Source: a virus (taxonomy: Duplodnaviria > Caudoviricetes). From it: DNA of 64,000 nucleotides. Positions 20,293-29,341 of the stretch are shown here, piece by piece (position 1 is the first letter of the stretch; each line of letters starts with the position of its first letter). The notes beneath the pieces were generated by a model. It was not told the origin of the DNA, searched no databases, and saw nothing but the letters and a program-made list of their open reading frames with translations. Made by a program: the position numbers and the translations under genes. The DNA is taken from the IMG/VR virus record IMGVR_UViG_3300009168_000008, positions 456 through 64,455 of that record; one strand, given 5' to 3'.

Positions 20293-21269
20293 CCGACCAC
20301 TGGCGCATGTTCAGCGAGTTCGCCCGCTACGAGAAGGCGGTCGGCGGTCCGAGCGCCCACCTGTGCATGGTCGCCGGGATGAGCCGCGGGCTGCCGGTCG
20401 ACGAGCAGGTGTGGCGGGCCGGGTGCTACGCAGCGGTCTACAACACGGGCTCGGGGATGGCGCTGTGGAGTCACCTGAGCCGGGCCGAGGTGCTGGCGAT
20501 GGACGAGGGCGAGTTGAGCAACGGGCTCGCCGACTGCTGGGAGGGCCTGCCGATGCACCGCCACCGCCGCGCCATCCGCACCCCCGAGAAGATGGCGCGC
20601 TACCTCCGCTCGTACGCCCTCGCCTCACGGGACTGGCCCGACCGCGACTGGTGGGTGGGCTCGGCGACCCCGGCCCGCTACGAGGACGCCTGGCGTGAGG
20701 TCAACGCCGTCTACGGGGTCGGGCGCTACATCGCCATCCGCATCCTCGAGCTGTTCTCCCGGTTCGGCGCGGGCACCGCCCTGCACGACATCCGGGCGCG
20801 CGACGCGTGGTCCCCGCGGCGCACGCTGTCGCTGCTCTGGCCGCAGCACACCCGGGTGCTCAGCGATGACCAGTCGTTGCGCGGGGCGGCCACCGCCGAG
20901 TCGATCGCCAACACCACGCTGGCCCGGGTGCACGAGGAGTACGGCGTGTGGCTCAACCACTACGAGTTGCAGGTGTTCACGTGCGAGTACCACCAGTCGA
21001 TCGACAACAAGCGGCAGTTCCCCGGGCGGAGCATCGACGGCGAGGGGCAGGCGCTGCGCAAGGTCGAGCCGTACTGGGGCACGGAGGTCACCGCGGCGGG
21101 GTGGGCGGTGCGGCGCGAACTGTTCCCGGAGGTGTCGCTCGGCGAGGTGAACGGCTGGACCACCCGCGACGAGCTCATGCCGGTGGCCGCCGAGCGGGGC
21201 TACACGTGGAGCGACCTCGTCTACGACTACAACGCCACGACCGACCTGTCTGTTCCGGTGCGGCGATGA
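20289..21269 (+). CDS. aGPT-pyrophosphorylase clade 2 / amino acid:DNA transferase-like (HhH-glycosylase fold)
   Basis: GVGRY, ELQVFTCEY, FPGRSID; genomic context. Confidence 0.7.
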   Translation: MTDHWRMFSEFARYEKAVGGPSAHLCMVAGMSRGLPVDEQVWRAGCYAAVYNTGSGMALWSHLSRAEVLAMDEGELSNGLADCWEGLPMHRHRRAIRTPEKMARYLRSYALASRDWPDRDWWVGSATPARYEDAWREVNAVYGVGRYIAIRILELFSRFGAGTALHDIRARDAWSPRRTLSLLWPQHTRVLSDDQSLRGAATAESIANTTLARVHEEYGVWLNHYELQVFTCEYHQSIDNKRQFPGRSIDGEGQALRKVEPYWGTEVTAAGWAVRRELFPEVSLGEVNGWTTRDELMPVAAERGYTWSDLVYDYNATTDLSVPVRR

Positions 21270-21736
21270 AGACTCTCTACGACGTGGGCGAGGGGCGGGT
21301 GTTCATGGCCGCCGAGATGCTCCGCTTCCCCGCCGCGCCCAAGCAGGCGGCGCTGCGCGAGCGAGGGATCACGATGGTGGTGAACCTGTGGCACGGGCGC
21401 GACGACGAGATCGCCGAGGTCACCGAGTACCTCCACGCGCCGCTGTCGGACGGGAAGCTGAGCGACGGGCACCTCGCCCACCTCGACGCCCTGGCCACCC
21501 TCGCCGCCAGGCATCTCGGCGAGGGCGGGACGGTGCTCTGCCAGTGCCAGGGCGGGCGGAACCGCTCAGGGCTGCTCGCCGGGTTGACGCTGTGCTACTG
21601 GCTCGGGATCAGCGGGAGCGATGCGCTGGAACGGGTGCGCGCCGGGCGCGGGGCGGTGGCCGTGGGCAACCATCACTTCGCCAGGTGGCTCGCCAGCATC
21701 CCGGCGAGCTCGGCAGCGGGCAGCGTCCCGTCGTAG
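21266..21736 (+). CDS. Dual-specificity/PTP-like phosphatase
   Basis: CQGGRNRS (CX5R), PLSDG loop. Confidence 0.85.
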   Translation: MKTLYDVGEGRVFMAAEMLRFPAAPKQAALRERGITMVVNLWHGRDDEIAEVTEYLHAPLSDGKLSDGHLAHLDALATLAARHLGEGGTVLCQCQGGRNRSGLLAGLTLCYWLGISGSDALERVRAGRGAVAVGNHHFARWLASIPASSAAGSVPS

Positions 21737-22197
21737 CGGACGTGCGGCCAGCGGGCGATGAGGTTGTCCACCTTGGTCATCCGCCCCTTCCACCACGGCT
21801 CGTTCTGCAACGGCTTGCCGAGGCGGTCGGCGCGCTCGGCCATGCGCTGGCGAGCGACCTCGACCGGCGTGTCGAGGTAGATCACTGTGAGCTCGGGGAC
21901 AGCGGCGAAGAACTTGCCGTTGGCCAGGCGGTCGCCCTCGCCGAGCACCTCGTCGACCTGCGTGGTGTAGCGGGTGCGCCATATCCACTCGATCACGGTG
22001 GGCTGGATGCTCATGCTCAGCGCGTCGGTCCCGCCAAAGCCGTCGCGCCGCCGACCCAGCGCCACCAGCCAGCCGTAGTCCGTGTGGGCGAAGGGCTTGT
22101 CGCGCTCGACCCCCGACAGCAGCAGGCTGTCCACGGCCCCGTCGGTCATCGTCGTCTTGCCGCAGCCGGGCAGCCCGATCACGTAGGTCAGGCGAAT
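21673..22197 (-). CDS. P-loop nucleotide kinase (Ploopntkinase3-like); start uncertain
   Basis: GLPGCGKTT, GTDALSM, EGDRL, WWKGRMTK. Confidence 0.75.
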   Translation of the reverse strand: MRLTYVIGLPGCGKTTMTDGAVDSLLLSGVERDKPFAHTDYGWLVALGRRRDGFGGTDALSMSIQPTVIEWIWRTRYTTQVDEVLGEGDRLANGKFFAAVPELTVIYLDTPVEVARQRMAERADRLGKPLQNEPWWKGRMTKVDNLIARWPHVRYDGTLPAAELAGMLASHLAK

Positions 22198-23195
22198 CGC
22201 TGGACCTTCTTCTTCACCTTGAACCCGGCAGCCCGGGCGTCCTCAGCTTCCGTCGCGTGCAGCGCGGCGCGCCGGGCCTCCTGGCTGGGGTCGGCGCAGC
22301 ACTTGCGCATCCCGGTCTTGGCGTAGGTGACGAGGCTGTAGCGGAAGCCGCCGGGGTGGGCCATGCGCAGCCCGGTGACGCCGTGGACGACCGACTGCCC
22401 GTCGAAGATGGTGATGCTGCCGTGGGGCACGCCGAGGTAGGTGTCGTAGTCGGCGAGGTGGAGCAGCCCACCCTCGACCTGCCGCCGGCACACGAGCATG
22501 GCCGACCAGCTGGTCGAGATGTTGGCCTGGTCGCGGTGGTACGGGAGGCTCACCGTCTTGTTGATGATCCCGCTCGACCACGGCGTGCCGTTGATCAGCC
22601 AGGCCGGGGCGATGTTGTCGCTGACGCGCTGGGCGGTGAGGTCGTGGACGTCGCTGGCGTGGGTGCGAAAGACGTGCTCGGCAATCTCGCAGAAGCGGCC
22701 GATCTGGTCCATCGCCTTCGGGTACTCGCTGTTGAAGATGCTCCGCGAGCAGCCGTACCGCCGCCGCATCGGGACCGGGGGCTGGTAGCCGAAGGTGCGG
22801 TGCGTCACCGCCATCCCGTTGAGGCGCGACGTGGTGCTGGCGTTGTTGAACACCTGGTCGTCCCACTTCACCTGGCTCAGGGATGCGGCGAGGTCGGTGG
22901 CGAGGTCGGTGGCGCAGACGATGTGCACCGCGACGACCTTGCCCGTCTCGGCGTCCGTGATGGCGACGTTGCCCCGGATGATGCGGCTGTCCGGGCCGGG
23001 GTCGGGGGCGTGCGGCTTGATCAGCCGGTTGCCGCAGTTCGGGCACAGCCGGCGCGGGAAGTACGGCACCATCGCCCCACAGGACAGGATGCGCCGCTCC
23101 CAGCGGTCGGTGACGCCCTCGGTGTACGCGCAGGGGACCAGCGGCTCGCCCCGGGGCAGCGTCAGCCGGGGGATGGCGCTCTGCTCACGCTGCAC
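22188..23195 (-). CDS. TET/JBP-family 2OG-Fe(II) dioxygenase
   Basis: HRD...GGLL...FDG..HGVT...RYSLVTY (HxD/H/R); GTG start overlapping the ParB stop. Confidence 0.8.
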   Translation of the reverse strand: MQREQSAIPRLTLPRGEPLVPCAYTEGVTDRWERRILSCGAMVPYFPRRLCPNCGNRLIKPHAPDPGPDSRIIRGNVAITDAETGKVVAVHIVCATDLATDLAASLSQVKWDDQVFNNASTTSRLNGMAVTHRTFGYQPPVPMRRRYGCSRSIFNSEYPKAMDQIGRFCEIAEHVFRTHASDVHDLTAQRVSDNIAPAWLINGTPWSSGIINKTVSLPYHRDQANISTSWSAMLVCRRQVEGGLLHLADYDTYLGVPHGSITIFDGQSVVHGVTGLRMAHPGGFRYSLVTYAKTGMRKCCADPSQEARRAALHATEAEDARAAGFKVKKKVQRFA

Positions 23196-23854
23196 TACGG
23201 CTCGACGAGCTTCAGCCCGGGCTCTTCGTCGGCATCTTCCAGCGCCTCGACCACCAGCCGCTCCACGACGTCGGCGTTGGTGTCCATGCCCCACAGGGCG
23301 CGCAGGCGAGCGAGCCCTTGGGCGACGGGCTCGTAGCGGGCGAACTCGTACGGCAGGATCAGGCTGCGGATGTCGAGCTCGTTGTAGGCGTCGATGCGAT
23401 CCTCGGGGATCACGCCCTGGCGGATGCCACCGACGATGGCGTCGCTCTCCACCGATTGCAGGAGCAGCTCGTAGGCGGCGCGGTCGTAGCCGGTGCCGTC
23501 GAGGCCCTCGCTCTCGACCAGTCCCTTCAACAGCCCGAACAGTGCCTCGTCGTCGTAGAAGGCGAGGTCGCTGGTGCGGTTGTCGGCCAGCAGGATGCGC
23601 GTCGCCGTCTCGTCGTCAGCGTCGACCCAGAACCCGGGGATCGTGTCGTGCCCCTCTTCGACCATCACCCGGTACCGAGTGTTCCCGGCGATGACGGCTC
23701 CGGTCGAGCGCTGGACGAGGATGGCCCCGAAGAAGCCGTTGCGGGCGATGCTCTCGCCCACGGACTGGTCGTCGCCGCGCCGGGGGTTCTCCGGGTGCTG
23801 GTGAATCTTGTCGACCGGGATGGCCGGGTCGAACTCCTGGTCCACGATGTTCAT
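23195..23854 (-). CDS. ParB/Srx-like protein
   Basis: HPENPRRGD..SI..NGF..ILV..VIAGNTR..LADNRTSD. Confidence 0.85.
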   Translation of the reverse strand: MNIVDQEFDPAIPVDKIHQHPENPRRGDDQSVGESIARNGFFGAILVQRSTGAVIAGNTRYRVMVEEGHDTIPGFWVDADDETATRILLADNRTSDLAFYDDEALFGLLKGLVESEGLDGTGYDRAAYELLLQSVESDAIVGGIRQGVIPEDRIDAYNELDIRSLILPYEFARYEPVAQGLARLRALWGMDTNADVVERLVVEALEDADEEPGLKLVEP

Positions 23855-24105
23855 CGCGCTGCCTTTCTGTTGCGAGCGACCAGCTTCTGCACGGCGTCCT
23901 CGCCAATCGGATCGCCGCCCGCCGCCACCGATGCCCTGGTGAGACGGGCGGCGATCTCGACCTGGGTCATGCCATCACCGTAGAGCTTGACGATCAAGCG
24001 CTTCCGCCTCTCGTCGGCAAGCACACCCTGGGTGACGGTGCGCTGCACGCGCTCGAGGTCACGCTCATCGTTGGTGCGCGGTGGGCGGAGTCCGTTGCTG
24101 CTCAT
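23851..24105 (-). CDS. HTH DNA-binding protein
   Basis: GMTQVEIAARL. Confidence 0.65.
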   Translation of the reverse strand: MSSNGLRPPRTNDERDLERVQRTVTQGVLADERRKRLIVKLYGDGMTQVEIAARLTRASVAAGGDPIGEDAVQKLVARNRKAAR

Positions 24106-24464
24106 GTCTGGCCCCTGATCGATGCGTTGAGAGTGCGGAGAGCGTCGAGATGCGCCCGGAGGGTCAGCAGGTACTCACGCTTGGAGTTGCGTGCCGCCGT
24201 GGCGATCAGGTGCGTCCTGTGCTCATCGGCACAGTAGAGGTCGGCCCGGGCCGCTCGTTCCCCGACCGTCATCTTCTCGCCGTGCTGGATCACCGCCAGC
24301 ATCGCCGTGGCGGCCTGCTTGCGGTAGTCAGCCTCGGCCTCGGCGGCATCGCGGGCGAGGGTGTCGTACTCCTCGGTGTGAATCTCCATCGCGTCGATGA
24401 CGTGGGCGATGCGCTCTTCGACCTCGACCTGCGTCAGCGGCCGGGTGTGGCGGGTGTCGGTCAT
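24102..24464 (-). CDS. Helical phage protein (possibly UvsY-like)
   Basis: Coiled coil; TVGERAARAD...LDALRTLNASIR. Confidence 0.5.
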   Translation of the reverse strand: MTDTRHTRPLTQVEVEERIAHVIDAMEIHTEEYDTLARDAAEAEADYRKQAATAMLAVIQHGEKMTVGERAARADLYCADEHRTHLIATAARNSKREYLLTLRAHLDALRTLNASIRGQT

Positions 24465-25849
24465 GGGTAGGCCCTCGATCCGAGATAGCCACAGTGGACC
24501 TGATGCATGCGTAGACCCTTCGCCGTGATCACCTTCCCGCACTCGCAGCGCCGGTGCTCGCGGTGCTTGATCATCCACTTGCCGTGCATGTAGCCGCTGC
24601 CTCCGCAGTCGGGGCAGGCCAGCTTTCCTCCTGAGTTGGTGCGCGGCCAGAGGCGCGCCGCCTCGGTCATCCACTCGCCGTCGGTCATGGCTGCTCCTGT
24701 GGGGTCATCCCGTCCTTGCGCCAGTCCTTGGCCTGCGGACAGGTGGCGAAGTGTGAGAGGTAGGCGAGCGGCACGTTGCGCGGGATCGCGGCGCGGTTGG
24801 CCGCCACGTTCATCACCGGGGTGCCCGCCTGCCAGTGGTCGACCCACATGTTGCCGTTCTCGGCAGGCTCGGGGTCGATGGGAGCTCGGTTCATCTTCGG
24901 CGCGACGTAGACCCAGCGGACGGGGGCGTGGCAGGAGCGGCAGCGCGACGAGGCGTTCACGGCAACCACTGAATCGAGTTGGCCACGGCGGCGTGGAGTT
25001 GGGCAACGGCCTCGGGGCCCTCGCTCTCGGCCACCGCCTGGATGCGCGGCAACCCGGTGTCGAGCGAGTCCTGCACCTCGGCGCGCGTCGCCGTGCGGCC
25101 CTCGCAGAACCACTGCGCCCCGACGATGTTCGAGAAGCGGATCAGCTGGCCGTTGGGCACCCGCTCCACCCACCAGCGCTTGACGGCGAACAGTCCGGTC
25201 ACGCCGGGGTTGCGCATGATCGCCTCGCCGCCGATGACCCCGGTGTTGTCGGGCAGTCCTGTCTCGCGGCGACCCTTGCTCGGGTTGCTCAGGAACGGGC
25301 AGGCGCGGGCGCTCCACATCGCACAGCCGGGGTGGGCCGGGGGCTCGGCGCTGACGCGGTTGACGAGGCACATCGGCCCGGCGACGAAGGTGTGGGGCTC
25401 GGCGCTCATCACCTCGACCTTGCCGAGGCGCTCCTGTGAGCTCGGCAGCTTGTGGCCGCACACCCAGCACAGCCGGCGCTTGATCGCGGTGCGGTAGTTC
25501 GTCTCGTTCATCACCCGGAAGTCGGGCTTGCCGTCGATCCACTGGACGAAGAACGGCACCGGTCGCCCCACGTCGTCGCGGGGTAACAGCTTCATCGTGG
25601 TGGGCATGTCGGCGGGGAGTTGGATGGTGGGCATCAGGTTCCTTTCAGGGGCTCGATGACTATCTCGTAGCGGATGTGCTTCGTCTCTTTCAGGTGGCGG
25701 TCCTCACTCGCCATCGTGGTGAACTGCTCGCCGCAGGTCTTGCAGATCGTCAGGTACGGGCCTTTGGCGGTGCTGCGGTCCTTCTTGCGCCCCGCCGGCA
25801 CTGCCGCGCCCATCGCCCGGGCCTGGGCCGGGGTCACGTTGACGGGCAT
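24461..25849 (-). CDS. Four Cys/Zn-motif hypothetical genes (24461-24688, 24685-24960, 24957-25634, 25634-25849)
   Basis: CxxC/HxxxC motifs; coupled overlaps; RBS at 25638. Confidence 0.7.
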
Positions 25850-26163
25850 ACCACCCACACGATCGTCCGCCGCCCGCTGTTGGTCTTGGCGCGCTGGCCG
25901 CTGTCGATCACCAGGCCCATGTCGACGAGCTCGCTGCGCCGCGTGCGCAACCCGGAGGGTGACGCCACGGTGGACAGCTTGTGGCCGATCTCCGTGTCGG
26001 TCAGACCTTCGGGGAAGCGCTTCAACAGGTCGAGGATCTTCATCCGGGTCTCGGTGATCTTCACCGCTCGCAGGCTCTTGGCTGCTTCGTGGCTCGTCTC
26101 GGGATCGGTTGGGCGCGCCAGGGTGAACGGGTCAGGAGGGTCGAAGAGGCTGTCTTGGCTCAT
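25834..26163 (-). CDS. Winged-HTH protein
   Basis: ARPTDPETSHEAA...GLTDTEI...RRSELVDMGLV. Confidence 0.75.
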   Translation of the reverse strand: MSQDSLFDPPDPFTLARPTDPETSHEAAKSLRAVKITETRMKILDLLKRFPEGLTDTEIGHKLSTVASPSGLRTRRSELVDMGLVIDSGQRAKTNSGRRTIVWVVCPST

Positions 26164-26203
26164 CAGTTCCTTTCTCGAAGGCCCCCCGGGCCTTCCCCCT
26201 ATT

Positions 26204-26500
26204 CTAGCCGGTGCCGCCGGGTGGCGGGGTACCCGACGAGCGGCGGATGACACCAGCCGCTTCGGCCCCAGCACGGTCCCGCTCATGGGCCCAGGTGTGG
26301 TGGCGCGGGCAGAGCACCAGCAGGTCTTCCAGGCGGTCCTGGCCCCCGTGTGATCTGAGCAGGGCGTGGTGGACGTGCAGCCCCTGCGAGCACCTGATGT
26401 CGGTGGCGAACCCGAGGTACGGAGCCTGGCACCTCTCCCGATCCCGAGACATCACCGCCTCGTACACCTCTTTGGGCATTGGCCCCTGTTTCTTCCGCAC
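26204..26500 (-). CDS. HNH endonuclease (leaderless)
   Basis: RDRERCQ...HVHH...GG...LCPRHH..AH; TACAAT-N6-GTG. Confidence 0.8.
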   Translation of the reverse strand: MRKKQGPMPKEVYEAVMSRDRERCQAPYLGFATDIRCSQGLHVHHALLRSHGGQDRLEDLLVLCPRHHTWAHERDRAGAEAAGVIRRSSGTPPPGGTG

Positions 26501-26506
26501 TCATAC

Positions 26507-26582
26507 ATTGTAATGCAGGGCCAGCGTGGTGGGGCTATTTGATGCCCAGGCTCTCCATAAGCTATACTCTTGGATAGCCCCA
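26507..26582. promoter_or_regulatory. Divergent promoters with flanking inverted repeat
   Basis: Minus-strand TACAAT; plus-strand TTGATG-N18-TATACT bracketed by TGGGGCTAT/ATAGCCCCA. Confidence 0.55.
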
Positions 26583-26663
26583 AAGGCCAGCCGGGACGCG
26601 GAAGCGCCCCGGGAGCTCTGAGGTACCGGGGCGCTTAACCGATCTTGGAAGGAGGTCAGTCTA

Positions 26664-26951
26664 GTGCGATACAACACCACCCCTTGCCCGGGATGTGGGT
26701 TGCCGGTCGTGATCTTGACCCATCGCCTGAACCCGTCGAAGGGAAAGTACCGATCCAATCGGGGAGCTCGCACGGTGCGCGCCCGGGAGGAAACGGTGAT
26801 GCGCCCGAAGGATGGAGGCGACTACAAGATCGACATTGCCGGGGTGCCGCACAAGGTGCGCAAAGGCAATGGTGAGTACGTCCTCCACACCTGTCGGGCC
26901 AAGCCGCAGTTGCCGGGTGGCCGACCGACGATGGGGTTCCGCCTGGATTGA
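26664..26951 (+). CDS. Basic Zn-motif hypothetical protein
   Basis: AAGGAGG RBS; CPGC...HTC. Confidence 0.6.
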   Translation: MRYNTTPCPGCGLPVVILTHRLNPSKGKYRSNRGARTVRAREETVMRPKDGGDYKIDIAGVPHKVRKGNGEYVLHTCRAKPQLPGGRPTMGFRLD

Positions 26952-27313
26952 CCCATCCCAAACACGCGTCACCAACTGAACAACGCGAGGCGGGGGGACA
27001 ACCGCTCAACAAGGGTTCCATTCCGAGTGATCGCTCGGGCCGGTGAAGGCAGACCCGGACGGCCCGCGACGCAGATGAGGCGATCACCTATCCCGGTCCT
27101 GACGCCGCGAGTAATTCCCGCAGCGTGGCTCTCAATGCAGAGCTTCTCCCGTCACAGGGGGGGGCTCTGCCCGGTACCGGGCTGGGCCCCGCGCCGGTAC
27201 CACGGTGCGTGCCGGGGGCTTGCGCGCCCCCGCACCTGCGCCCCGGTAGCGCGTGAGTAACAGAGGCCGCGAGGAACGTGAGTGGCTTGCAATACGCGCG
27301 CGCGGTAGGCCCG

Positions 27314-28996
27314 TCAGCGTGTTGGAGGCAGCAGCAAGACGACGGTGGTGGTCGTGGTCGGGCCAGGTGGGAACGGTCCGTCCGGGTTGGCGCAGGCACT
27401 CGACTCAGGGGGGTAGCTGACGAGCACAGGGCCGGCGGTCGGGTTGACCTCGTAGGTCAGGAAGATGCCTTCACGGAGGAAGGCGTCGCTCGGGTCTTGC
27501 ACCCAGAAGCCGTCGCTGTTGAGGTTCCACCCCGGCACGTTGGCCACGGAGCCGTCGGGATTGACATCCGTGCCGGGGTAGAGCACATCCACCGTCGCGC
27601 CGGGCTGGTACACGACCGACTCGGTGCCGACCACGATGGCGTTGACGTCGCGGAACGTCAGGGTGCCCACCTGCCCGGCCAGGCTCGGGAAGCCGGGCGT
27701 CTGGAAGGTGATGCGGATGGTCGGCACCTCGTTCACGCAGACCGTGCCCGCGGCTCCGAAGGTGAACGTCTCAGGGAGCGTCGTGGAGGTCGACGTGGTC
27801 GTGCTCGAGGTGGTGGTCGTCTGCACCTCGGACGTCGGGCTCACCGTCGTGGAGGTCGTCGTTCCCGGCACCGTCGTGGAGGTCGTTGAGGCCGCCGTGG
27901 TCGTCGTCGCACCCGTCCCCGTAGTAGTGGGTGCGACCGTCGTCGTCGTCGTGGACGGGGCGGTGCTCGTCGTGCTCGTCGAGCTCGTCGAGGTGCTGGT
28001 CGACGTTGGCGGGGACGTGGTCGTGGTGGACGTACCCGGCACCGTCGAGGTGGTCGTGGTCGTCCCGCCGGTCGGGTTGGTCGTGCACGTCTCTCCGATC
28101 GGACACTGCGGCACTGTGGTCGAGGTCGAGCTGCTCGTAGTCGAGGTTGTAGACGAGGTCGTAGGCGCGGTGGTGGAAGTGGTCGTGCTGGGCGCGGTAG
28201 TGGAGGACGTCGTTGGCGATGTCGTGGTTGTACCCGGAACCGTCGTGGTTGTGGTCGACGGGACGCACGGCAGGGTCGTCGTCGTGGGCGACGGATACCA
28301 GTTCAGCGACTCCCACCAGGACGGCTCCTCCGGCACGCACGGCTCGGTGGTCGTGGTCGTCGGCGCGACGGTCGTGGTGGTCGGCGGGGTCAGGAGGCAC
28401 TCGGCGGCGGATGGCTCGGGCTGGCCGGTGTCGAAGGCGATCACCCGGGAGCGGCCCTGGGCGTCGGCGAAGAACGAGCCGATCAGCCCGTCCCAGCCGG
28501 GGATGGCGTTGACCGACACGCTGATCGGGTTCTGCCCGGTCTGCAACCGCTCGTCATCTCCCGGCGTGCCGACGAACTTGCACACGAACACCTTCTTGGG
28601 GGCCGTAGTGGTCGTTGTCGTGCCCGCAGTGGTCGTTGTGGGCCCGCTGGTGGTCGTTGGGGCCGCGGTAGTGGTCGGTGCGGCTGTCGTGGTGGGCGCG
28701 GCCGTGGTGGTCGTGTAGGCGTGCGTGGTGGTCGTGTAGGCCGGGTGCGTCGTGGTCGGCGCGGCGGTTGTCGTCGGGACCGTCTGCGGGTTGGTCACGA
28801 CCACGGTCGTCGTCGGCGCGGCGGTCGTCGGAGCAGCGGTCGTCGGAGCGGGAGTGGTCGGCACCGTCGTCGGGCCGCACTCGCTCTCGAGGTAGTCGTC
28901 CGGAGCGCACGTCCACGCCGTGGTCCTCTCGGCGAGCGTGATCGGCACCGCCATTGCAATGACAGCAGCACCGATAGCGATCAGACGAGATTTCAC
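27314..28996 (-). CDS. Secreted Thr/Pro-rich mucin-like protein
   Basis: Signal peptide, (A)PTTT repeats, two Cys-flanked globular domains, C-terminal LPPTR. Confidence 0.8.
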   Translation of the reverse strand: MKSRLIAIGAAVIAMAVPITLAERTTAWTCAPDDYLESECGPTTVPTTPAPTTAAPTTAAPTTTVVVTNPQTVPTTTAAPTTTHPAYTTTTHAYTTTTAAPTTTAAPTTTAAPTTTSGPTTTTAGTTTTTTAPKKVFVCKFVGTPGDDERLQTGQNPISVSVNAIPGWDGLIGSFFADAQGRSRVIAFDTGQPEPSAAECLLTPPTTTTVAPTTTTTEPCVPEEPSWWESLNWYPSPTTTTLPCVPSTTTTTVPGTTTTSPTTSSTTAPSTTTSTTAPTTSSTTSTTSSSTSTTVPQCPIGETCTTNPTGGTTTTTSTVPGTSTTTTSPPTSTSTSTSSTSTTSTAPSTTTTTVAPTTTGTGATTTTAASTTSTTVPGTTTSTTVSPTSEVQTTTTSSTTTSTSTTLPETFTFGAAGTVCVNEVPTIRITFQTPGFPSLAGQVGTLTFRDVNAIVVGTESVVYQPGATVDVLYPGTDVNPDGSVANVPGWNLNSDGFWVQDPSDAFLREGIFLTYEVNPTAGPVLVSYPPESSACANPDGPFPPGPTTTTTVVLLLPPTR

Positions 28997-29270
28997 GCCG
29001 TCATCTTGGTCGACGGAGCGGGAGTTGCGCGGAAACCGTCATCCGAATGCAACACGCGCGCGAAGGGCGGGCAGGGCCACTCGCCGGCGAAATGAGTGCG
29101 GATGTGGAGGGGCTTGCCGGGGAGAGTCCGCCGGGCCTCGCACTCCTGGCCACAGTGCGGGCAGATCGAGGGAATCCACGGCTGACGGTGCCGCCCATTT
29201 CCTTCCCGTGACCTGGCCATGCACACAAGATATGCACACCACGCCCACAGGCGGGCACCAGATGTAGGGC

Positions 29271-29305
29271 TAGCCGTCCCAGGTGTACCGCGCTAGAATA
29301 GGGGG
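29271..29305 (+). promoter_or_regulatory. Promoter family B, copy 3
   Basis: TAGCCG-TCCCAG...N17-TAGAAT; GCTAGAATAGGGGG also occurs on the minus strand at 26195-26208. Confidence 0.6.
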
Positions 29306-29341
29306 CGAGAGCTTGTTTCCCGCAGGCTTATGAAAGGAAGG

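Noticed and set aside
26501-26773. 90-aa minus-strand ORF
   Set aside because: It overlaps the promoter region and a better plus-strand gene with an AAGGAGG RBS.
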